DNA of 64,000 bases. It comes from Macrostomum lignano (taxonomy: Eukaryota). Shown piece by piece: positions 41,444 to 64,000 of this stretch (its first letter is position 1; each line of letters opens with the position of its first letter). The notes beneath the pieces were generated by a model. It was not told where the DNA came from, did not search any database, and worked only from the letters and a program-made list of their open reading frames with translations. The stretch lies in contig NIVC01000073.1 of assembly GCA_002269645.1 (NCBI GenBank), positions 186,001-250,000 on the forward strand, given 5' to 3'. Both the position numbers and the translations under genes were made by a program.

Positions 41444-42258
41444 GTGCGATTTCCAGCCCGAGCTCTGCTCGCTGTCCTCTTGGCTGCCTGACTGCCCGGC
41501 CCGCCGGTTGCGGCTGTCGCCCTTCGTGACGCCGTCTGGAGACGCAGAGCTGCCTGAGCGACTCGCTGGCGCTGTGGGCGAGGCCTTCGGGCTCCGGCCT
41601 CGACTGCGTTCTCGAAGGCTCGAACGGCCTGCTGGTGGCCCAGTTCAACTCGGACACCGCCCAGTGCTCGCTCTTTCAACACACCGCAGTGCGCCAGCTC
41701 ATCGATGGACTCGCTGCCGCAGAGAGCCCGCAGTCCCGCCGCTGTGCCGCATTCGCCAATGCCAGAGCCGCCAAGTTCCTCACCTTGAGCAGGAGGCTCA
41801 TGCTGGGTGCGGGCTCAAAGCTGAGGGCCGCCTGGGTGATAAGCGGCGATGCGGAAGCCAGCAGGAGCAACTTGGTGTGCGGCCAGATGCAGCAGTGGAT
41901 GTCGGAGAATGTGGAGTGGAGCAGCGAGGGAGCCAAGCTCGACGGTGTGTCGTCCAAGATGTGGCTGGAGAACGTGGAGTTCGCGAATCTGCAGCAGGGA
42001 CTCACGTGGCTGGTCAGACTCATGCGGGAGGGAGCTGCTTTGAATTTCTCGAATTTCAGCACTTATCCAACAACTGTGTCATTCAATTCGACGGAGTTCG
42101 TTGAAGTGGGTGTCACATCGGCGGCCATCGACAGCCGAGTGTTCTTCTCGAAGTGGGCGTTCGTTCCGCCAGAGCAAGTGTCTAATGGGGTATTTTACAC
42201 TCGACCATCGATTCCTGACGCATTCTGCATCAACAGCTTCTTTGGTCTGGCGCGCTAG
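41444..42258 (+). pseudogene. Intronless, probably disrupted gene for a secreted protein with a PAN/apple-like Cys pattern
   Basis: Open frame ~41530-42258 (CLSDSL...LDCVLEG...AQFNSDTAQCSLF). The upstream signal-like segment (V)RFPARALLAVLLAA* has GTG in place of ATG, a TGA and a frameshift. Domain call is by pattern only. Confidence 0.4.
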
Positions 42259-42317
42259 AGGACTTCTGAGTACTTTTGTAATCGTACATTGATTTTGCTA
42301 TTCGAGTTGGTCAGATC

Positions 42318-42900
42318 CGTTTGTAATACTGTCAGCTCTGTTTGTGATACTGTCAGCTCTGTTTGTGATACTGTCAGCTCTGTTTGTGATACTGTCAGCT
42401 CTGTTTGTGATACTGTCAGCTCTGTTTGTGATACTGTCAGCTCTGTTTGTGATACTGTCAGCTCTGTTTGTGATACTGTCAGCTCTGTTTGTGATACTGT
42501 CAGCTCTGTTTGTGATACTGTCAGCTCTGTTTGTGATACTGTCAGCTCTGTTTGTGATACTGTCAGCTCTGTTTGTGATACTGTCAGCTCTGTTTGTGAT
42601 ACTGTCAGCTCTGTTTGTGATACTGTCAGCTCTGTTTGTGATACTGTCAGCTCTGTTTGTAACACTGTCACCTCTGTTTGTGATACTGTCAGCTTTGTTT
42701 GTGATACTGTCAGCTCTGTTTGTGATACTGTCACCTCTGTTTGTGATACTGTCAGCTCTGTTTGTAACACTGTCACCTCTGTTTGTGATACTGTCAGCTC
42801 TGTTTGTGATACTGTCAGCTCTGTTTGTGATACTGTCACCTCTGTTTGTGATACTGTCAGCTCTGTTTGTAATATTGTCAGCTCTGCAAGTAACACTGTC
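42318..42900. repeat. 21-bp minisatellite (TGTCAGCTCTGTTTGTGATAC)n
   Basis: Seen directly. Confidence 0.97.
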
Positions 42901-42924
42901 AGGTCTGTTTACACTTAATTTGAG

Positions 42925-43315
42925 CCTTAGGTTGAGATTGGAGCATTATCAGGGTGAGATTTGAGCATTATCAGGGTGAGATTGGAGTATTATCAGGGTG
43001 AGATTGGAGTATTATCAGGGTGAGATTGGAGCACTATTAGGTTGAGATTGGAGCATTATCAGGGTGAGATTGGAGTATTATCAGGTGAGATTGGAGTACT
43101 GTCAGGTTGATATTGGAGCATTATCAGGGTGAGATTGGAGTATTATCAGGGTGAGATTGAAGCATTATCAAGGTGAGATTGGAGCACTATCAGGTTGAGA
43201 TTGGAGCATTATCAGGGTGAGATTGGAGTATTATCAGGTTGAGATTGAAGCATTATCAAGGTGAGATTGGAGCACTATCAGGTTGAGATTGGAGCATTAT
43301 CAGGGTGAGATTGGA
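42925..43315. repeat. 22-bp minisatellite (GGGTGAGATTGGAGTATTATCA)n
   Basis: Seen directly. Confidence 0.93.
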
Positions 43316-44859
43316 AGAAGAAGAAGAAGAAGCAACTGATAGAACTTAAGAAGCAACTCTGAGTGTTTGTTCACCCAAAGATGGGGTTCCGGCCGAATTT
43401 CGGCTGTTCCTCTTTCTGTAGTGTATTATTCTCGACCGATCTTGTCTATGGCAAAAACCCTTTAAGCGCAGTGCAAAAATCCGTTTAGAAAACACAAACC
43501 TTGTTGTGAGCGTTGCCCATCTCTAATAAAAAAACTGTTTCAAACTTCACATTTCAACGAATTTTCTGAATAAATTCTGATGCCTAAGCTACTCAGTACT
43601 GGGCGTCTCATTAGGATTTTTTTGCTAAATTTGCGCGCCAAGTAAAACTGCTAATTTTTTTTTTGAAGACAATCCCTGGAAGCTAATAAACACATACATG
43701 TACAAACGCGCCAATACTTTCTAATCGGTCAGGCTGGCTAGTATTCGTGCAGAGGCTTATATTCGAGTCCTAGATTCTAAAGGTCAAATTGCTTGGACAA
43801 AAATTGATTCGGTATAAAAAAGATTTATAGCTGGGCAAAGAAAGGCCCTAAGGAGCGATCGAGACAGACGCTATTTCCCGGGAAAAGAAGAGTAATTAAT
43901 CACAAAAAATGATTGACTTCCGTGGAAGGGGACAGAAACTGTCTGTCTCTACGAGGGCTGCAATGTATGGCAGGTGGAACTTATAAAGGCTGTGAGCTTA
44001 CCCTAGATTTAGCGTTCTTTGAGCAGGCAGATTTGACTAGTAGGGGATTGAGGAAACGCTTCGGGGAACACTAGGGAAAAGAGGGGAGAAAAAATAAGAT
44101 AAATCCCAGCGACAAGAGATCGTCCTGACTGATTTGAGGCTGCCGCAAGAGTAATGAGATCAGTGGGGAATTCTGATTTCGGCTTCTGGCCAGTTCCAAT
44201 AGGGGGGAGGAAGAGCTTGGAAGCGAGGCGCGGTAGATTGAGAAAATCCCCAATTCCTTACCCCTGCTGGGCTAAGGACGCCTTATAAGGAAGGGATCTG
44301 GAGTTGCTTCTCTTAGATTCATCCTCTTCAAAATATTGCGTTGGATTGAAAGATACGATAGGTAGATAATCTTTGTTACGAGCTACGTGCATTTCGATTC
44401 TTTCAACATTAAAACAAACAATAATTGACTTTAATTACGAATAAGCTGCAGTTCCGCCGACTCCCCTGAGCAGGCAAATAAGCGCGCGGATACGTACGCA
44501 GTCATACGCACAGGCACACACTCACACAGGAGTGTACAGCGGCGCCCTAAGTTTATTTATCGTTAGGCATGTACACTTCACTGTGCCTTGGGGGGTTGGA
44601 CCTCAAGCTGGGCGTTAATTGCACGAGCAGAGCCAAGCCGAGATTCCAATTTAAATCCAAATTAATGTGACGATTGCAATTGGAATTGAGCCTAGGCTCA
44701 ATGGTAAGAGCGCCGCGCTTTCCATTCCAGACTCTCAATCCTTATAGTAATCCATGGACTGCAGCTCGCATACATATATTGCCATTCTATTTCCCGATCT
44801 CGCAGCAGATATCTCCTCTAGGAGCATTTTATTTATTCGCTTCGTCTGCTTTTCAAGAC

Positions 44860-45318
44860 ATGAAAACAAAACAGTTGCCGCTTCTGCTGCTGCTCATAGC
44901 ATGCGTGTTGATGCAGCACGGAGGCTGGGCAAGCCCTCAGCATCATCGACTCAGGCAGCTGCAGCGACAGCAGCAGCAGAGACTGCTAATGAGGCAGCGG
45001 CTGCTGGAACAGCAGAGACGCCAAATTTTCGGCGCTTCGTCATCAGCCAACGGATGCTGGGACGATGAAGCTGCAACTAACGAGGTGAACCTCACGGCTA
45101 GCGGAGGCGGCAGCGGCGGCCACATGAACTATGAGCACACGGTGTTCAACATGATCAGAGAGTCCTGCACCCCGGACTCGAGGCCCGTGTACAATGCGTC
45201 TGTGCCTGTCATAGTGTACTTTGCTGCATCGCTGACACAGATTCTCGGCTTTGATGTGAGTTAGTTACTTAGTTAGTTAGTTAGTTAGTCAGTTAGTTAG
45301 TCAGTTACTTTGTTAGTC

Positions 45319-45349
<31 letters not shown>

Positions 45350-45426
45350 CAGTTAGTTAGTTAGTTAGTCAGTTAGTTAGTTAGTTAGTTAGTTAGTCAG
45401 TTAGTTAGTCAGTTACTTAGTTAGTC

Positions 45427-45457
<31 letters not shown>

Positions 45458-45478
45458 CAGTTAGTTAGTTAGTTAGTC

Positions 45479-45513
<35 letters not shown>

Positions 45514-45538
45514 CAGTTAGTTAGTTAGTTAATTAGTC

Positions 45539-45577
<39 letters not shown>

Positions 45578-48500
45578 CAGTTAGTCAGTTAGTGAGTCAG
45601 TGAGTCAGTCAGTCAGTCAGTCAGTCAGTCAGTCAGTCAGTCAGTCAGTCAGTCAGTCAGTCAGTCAGTCAGTCAGTCAGTCAGTCAGTCAGTCAGTCAG
45701 TCAGTCAGTCAGTCAGTCAGTCAGTCAGTCAGTCAGTCAGTCAGTCAGTCAGTCAGTCAGTCAGTCAGTCAGTCAGTCAGTCAGTCAGTCAGTCAGTCAG
45801 TCAGTCAGTCAGTCAGTCAGTCAGTCAGTCAGTCAGTCAGTCAGTCAGTCAGTCAGTCAGTCAGTCAGTCAGTCAGTCAGTCAGTCAGTCAGTCAGTCAG
45901 TCAGTCAGTCAGTCAGTCAGTCAGTCAGTCAGTCAGTCAGTCAGTCAGTCAGTCAGTCAGTCAGTCAGTCAGTCAGTCAGTCAGTCAGTCAGTCAGTCAG
46001 TCAGTCAGTCAGTCAGTCAGTCAGTCAGTCAGTCAGTCAGTCAGTCAGTCAGTCAGTCAGTCAGTCAGTCAGTCAGTCAGTCAGTCAGTCAGTCAGTCAG
46101 TCAGTCAGTCAGTCAGTCAGTCAGTCAGTCAGTCAGTCAGTCAGTCAGTCAGTCAGTCAGTCAGTCAGTCAGTCAGTCAGTCAGTCAGTCAGTCAGTCAG
46201 TCAGTCAGTCAGTCAGTCAGTCAGTCAGTCAGTCAGTCAGTCAGTCAGTCAGTCAGTCAGTCAGTCAGTCAGTCAGTCAGTCAGTCAGTCAGTCAGTCAG
46301 TCAGTCAGTCAGTCAGTCAGTCAGTCAGTCAGTCAGTCAGTCAGTCAGTCAGTCAGTCAGTCAGTCAGTCAGTCAGTCAGTCAGTCAGTCAGTCAGTCAG
46401 TCAGTCAGTCAGTCAGTCAGTCAGTCAGTCAGTCAGTCAGTCAGTCAGTCAGTCAGTCAGTCAGTCAGTCAGTCAGTCAGTCAGTCAGTCAGTCAGTCAG
46501 TCAGTCAGTCAGTCAGTCAGTCAGTCAGTCAGTCAGTCAGTCAGTCAGTCAGTCAGTCAGTCAGTCAGTCAGTCAGTCAGTCAGTCAGTCAGTCAGTCAG
46601 TCAGTCAGTCAGTCAGTCAGTCAGTCAGTCAGTCAGTCAGTCAGTCAGTCAGTCAGTCAGTCAGTCAGTCAGTCAGTCAGTCAGTCAGTCAGTCAGTCAG
46701 TCAGTCAGTCAGTCAGTCAGTCAGTCAGTCAGTCAGTCAGTCAGTCAGTCAGTCAGTCAGTCAGTCAGTCAGTCAGTCAGTCAGTCAGTCAGTCAGTCAG
46801 TCAGTCAGTCAGTCAGTCAGTCAGTCAGTCAGTCAGTCAGTCAGTCAGTCAGTCAGTCAGTCAGTCAGTCAGTCAGTCAGTCAGTCAGTCAGTCAGTCAG
46901 TCAGTCAGTCAGTCAGTCAGTCAGTCAGTCAGTCAGTCAGTCAGTCAGTCAGTCAGTCAGTCAGTCAGTCAGTCAGTCAGTCAGTCAGTCAGTCAGTCAG
47001 TCAGTCAGTCAGTCAGTCAGTCAGTCAGTCAGTCAGTCAGTCAGTCAGTCAGTCAGTCAGTCAGTCAGTCAGTCAGTCAGTCAGTCAGTCAGTCAGTCAG
47101 TCAGTCAGTCAGTTAGTTAACAGCCAGCAATTCAACCTGGCCATTGGCAGGAGCGGAAGCAGATTCTCACGGCCAACTTCTGGGTGGTAGTCGAGTACGC
47201 GGACGAAAGAATCCGGTGGAAAACCAGCCGAGTTGCCATGCAGAGCGTCACGCTGCCCTCAAGGGACATCTGGCTACCGGACCTGGTGCTGTATAACACA
47301 GCCGGAGACTATGTAGGATATTTCCCCACCGATATTTCGGTGTCAATCAGCAGCAACGGCACGATTAAATGGATGCCCGCCGTCACTTCAAAGAGCCACT
47401 GCGCTGTGGATCTGACTCTGTTCCCTTTTGATAGGTAGATTCCTATTTTAGTTTTTCCTATTCTATTTTATTCTATTCTATTGTGTTCTATTCTATTATA
47501 TTCTATCCCAGGCAGCTCTGCAGCCTGAAATTCGCCAGCTGGACCTACGACATGTCCCAGCTGGACCTCCGGGTCCATCCCAGCATGAAGCCGGTGCTGA
47601 AAGAGTTCAGCATCCAGCACGGAGAATGGAATGTCACTCGAGTCTGGCTGGGCAGAAACATCACCAGCTACCCTCTGCTAGCGAACGCGTTCAGCGAAGT
47701 GATCGTGTACATCTGCATGCGCAGGCACTCTGTCTTCTATTTGGTTAATGTTGCCCTGCCAACTCTGGTCTTCATCTGCGTGACCTTTTTCTCTTACTGG
47801 GTGCCGTTCAGCTCCGGGGAGAAGGTCACGTTCTGCATGAGCATGATGACTACATTCTCTATCTATTCTACTTTGTTGGTTAACAAGTTGCCAACTACAT
47901 CGGATTCTGTTGCTATACTAAGCTCGCTGGTTGCTATGGGGATGGTCAACGCCAGCGTAGCAACGGCTTCGTCGGTGATGTCGCTGAAACTGGTCAGCTA
48001 TCGGCATCGGCCGTCGGGACTGCTTAAACGCATTATCATTGCGTGCGGAGGTACGCTGTTTTGAGTATTTAATTATATTTATACTTGTGCTTGTCGCCCA
48101 ACAGAGTCTCCTTCTGTCTAAAGCTGGACGCTGATTGGCTAGCGAAACAAAGGCTCTCTCTCACCCCAGCTGTTCGCTGATTGGCTGGCTCAACAGAGTA
48201 TCTCTAACCCATGCTGAATTGCTGATTATCTTGGCTGGCTGAACCAACAGCCACTTTCTCTACCCCAGCTGTTTGCTGATTGGCTGGACAAACAGATTCT
48301 CTCATCCCCCGTCCTGACAGAGCGAGAACTCACCAGCCTAGCCAATTACCGTCGCTACGTAGAGCGCTCCAAAATCAACGAGTTAGACTCCGAGGATGAA
48401 GTCGAACTTCTGCGTCAGGCAGCTTCGTCTAGCGAGCAGCCGCGTGATCTGCTCGAAGCTAAAGAGCGCCAGATTTTGCAAGCGTCGCGTCAGTTTCTGC

Positions 48501-48670
48501 GAGACTCTGGACGGATCGACTGGCTGAACCAGCTGCGCGCAGTCCAGTGGCACGTGGCCGCTAGCGTTGTTGAACGAGTCGTCGGCACGGCATCCTGCGT
48601 CATGACCGCCCTGTGTTTCGGCGTGATGTACTGGAAGGTAGCCAACTTTCAGCCAACTAACGATTGTTGA
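44860..48670 (+). CDS. Cys-loop ligand-gated ion channel, nicotinic-receptor-like non-alpha subunit
   Basis: Exons 44860-45255, 47151-47434, 47512-48050 and 48321-48670, with GT-AG phases 0, 2, 1 compatible. Signal peptide, IWLPD, Cys-loop CAVDLTLFPFDRQLC, WTYD, GEK before M2, and four TM segments. Confidence 0.92.
45258..47118. repeat. Compound (GTTA)n then (GTCA)n microsatellite
   Basis: Fills nearly all of intron 1 of the Cys-loop gene. Confidence 0.99.
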
Positions 48671-48739
48671 GACATGAGAACCTGTAAAAACTAGACAGGT
48701 CACCCAAGAAGACAAGACAGGACAAGGAGTCGTTTATTG

Positions 48740-49185
48740 CTCTTTTAACCCCGAGCTGGACCCCTCCTGGCGCGTCGTTCCACACAAAATCTCTTACCCC
48801 AGACAGGCTGCCGCTACCCAATTTTATTGCCCTCCCGGCCCAGTGTTCCAGCCTAAACCTGAAATGTACATTTTCTATGGCCCTGGTTAATATACATTAC
48901 GGTTTGCACTAATAGCCCGTTGTTTACGCCTCTACCAAGTCACTCCCAGCTGCGTACGCTGAAGGCTGCCTACGGCTGCTGCTCAGTCCAAGGACTGGGG
49001 GGTTGCACACAGGCTTAATTGCCCCCAGCCAATGCTGGCACCCATTTTACAGCTGGGTGAACTGAAGTAATGCAGAGTTAAGTGTCTTGCTCAAGGACAC
49101 AAATTATTCCGACCGGGTTGAGAATCGAACTCCCGACCTTTCAGTCGTGAGTCACATTATTTTTAGCTACTGAACTGAAAGGGAA
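48740..49185. mobile_element. Diverged relic of the 3076-3522 MITE family with a nested SINE
   Basis: GTTCCAGCCTAAA..ATGTACATT, TGTTTACGCC and GCTACTGAACTG match the MITE interior on both sides of the SINE; no TIRs seen. Confidence 0.5.
48944..49155 (-). mobile_element. tRNA-derived CORE-like SINE
   Basis: On the minus strand, GGGAGTTCGATTCTC (B box) is followed by GTGTCCTTGAGCAAGACACTTAACTCTG...CTGTAAAATGGG, resembling the MIR/CORE consensus; second copy at 2690-3045. Confidence 0.65.
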
Positions 49186-49599
49186 ACCGTTTTTTTCAAC
49201 AAAAAAATATGAAAGACTTTTACAATACCAGGTAAAATGCATTGCACTGAAACCTCACTTAAGCATGATTACATATCATTTCAGCCTGTTCATAAAATTT
49301 CAGCTAAACACACCGACCACCTTGAGATTCCTATAAAACGGAAAAGTTTTTTTCTCGCTAATACGCTTGGATGATTGTTTTGCAGTAAAAATCCTGTCCC
49401 CAGCGAAATTTGTATAAATTGCATGTTTTTTTGTATTTTGAACTAACTTATATAGTCAACTGCTTCAGAAATGTTGTAATAATATTTTCAAAGGCGATAA
49501 GATTACACAGAAATTGTCATTTTATGTACTAAAATAAAGCAACTAATAAATCTATTAGAGATGCAAGAGTTGCAAGATTCAGAGGAAGTACGATCGCCA

Positions 49600-49815
49600 G
49601 CCAATCAGTTAGGGGTAGGAAAATATTGGAAAGTTGAGCCAGCCAATTAGGGATCAGTTAGGGGTAGGAAAATATTGGAAAGTTGAGCCAGCCAATTAGG
49701 GAACAATTCGGGGTACGAAATGTTTAAAAGTTAAGCCAGCCAATTAGGGAACAGTTGGGAATAGGAAAGATAGGAAAGTCGAGCCAGCCAATAAGGAGCA
49801 GTTGGGGGTAGAAAA
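49600..49815. repeat. ~49-bp degenerate tandem repeat
   Basis: GCCAGCCAATTAGGG...GGGGTAGGAAAATATTGGAAAGTTGA occurs 4-5 times. Confidence 0.8.
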
Positions 49816-50428
49816 TGGTTAAATCGTTGACCCAGCATGAGAAAACTAGTGCATGCAGTAAAATTAGGAGTTTTAATGACTAAAATTAAGCCAGTATCAA
49901 AATTCAAGATGTACGAATCTCTAGCAGCGCAGAAAGGAGGCCAGGTCGAGTTAATTTTTTATTTATCAGACAATTTTCTACAGTCAATTTTTTGTTAAAA
50001 CTTTTGTTTCTAATATACTTAAGCTACAATTCGATTGGTTAAAACAAACTCATAATCGATAAGAATTCGAAATCAATCGTGGAAGTACGATTCAGCAAGT
50101 AGAAAACATTTACAAAAGCAAATTTGAAACAGTACACAGATATGGTTAAATAATAGTAAAGGAAGACGCCTGGTTTTAAAAACATTGTTTACCCTCGACT
50201 TCTACTGTAAATGTATAATAAAAACTGTCAGGGAGTTAGATAAACTACTGGTCATAGTAGTAGCGAGGATGCATGAAATGTTTCATAAGTTATAGAAGCT
50301 CTGTATGATTTTAAGTTACTAATATGAGTTTTTTAATCACTGCGAACTTTATCAGCTTGATTGGGTCGGATTGACTTTAATTTGGCATGCAAGTTTAACA
50401 ATTGAGGGTAAAAAGCTGGCCTACTGAT

Positions 50429-63989
<13,561 letters not shown>

Positions 63990-64000
63990 CTGGATTACCT

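Overview
Eukaryotic (animal) genomic DNA, intron-rich and packed with micro- and minisatellites. The Q/A-rich proteins and repeat-filled introns resemble free-living flatworm (Macrostomum-like) assemblies, but that identification is inference only. Four spliced genes can be reconstructed by hand: (1) a C2H2 zinc-finger factor ending in an Ikaros/Hunchback-type dimerisation finger pair (-, 1808-7431); (2) an Nkx6 homeobox gene (-, 22302-30407); (3) a divergent nicotinic-type Cys-loop channel (+, 44860-48670); (4) the 3' part of a large protein combining at least 7 Ig domains with smoothelin and CH domains (-, 50429 to beyond 63989). Mobile DNA comprises a decayed APE-RT LINE next to a Gypsy gag relic, a young RNase H-bearing LINE fragment, a mariner with perfect TIRs, several hAT-like TIR elements (two carrying internal satellites), CORE-like SINE copies and a THAP relic. 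Best leads: a LINE fragment with a perfect 14-bp TSD inside Nkx6 exon 1 that begins with GTGAG and could be spliced out as a new intron; a Cys-loop receptor with LL in place of the loop-C CC and Thr at pore positions 9' and 16'; a ~2.8-kb almost CpG-free island; and the Ig-smoothelin architecture. Most long ORFs in the ORF track are tandem-repeat artefacts. All coordinates and counts were read by eye.
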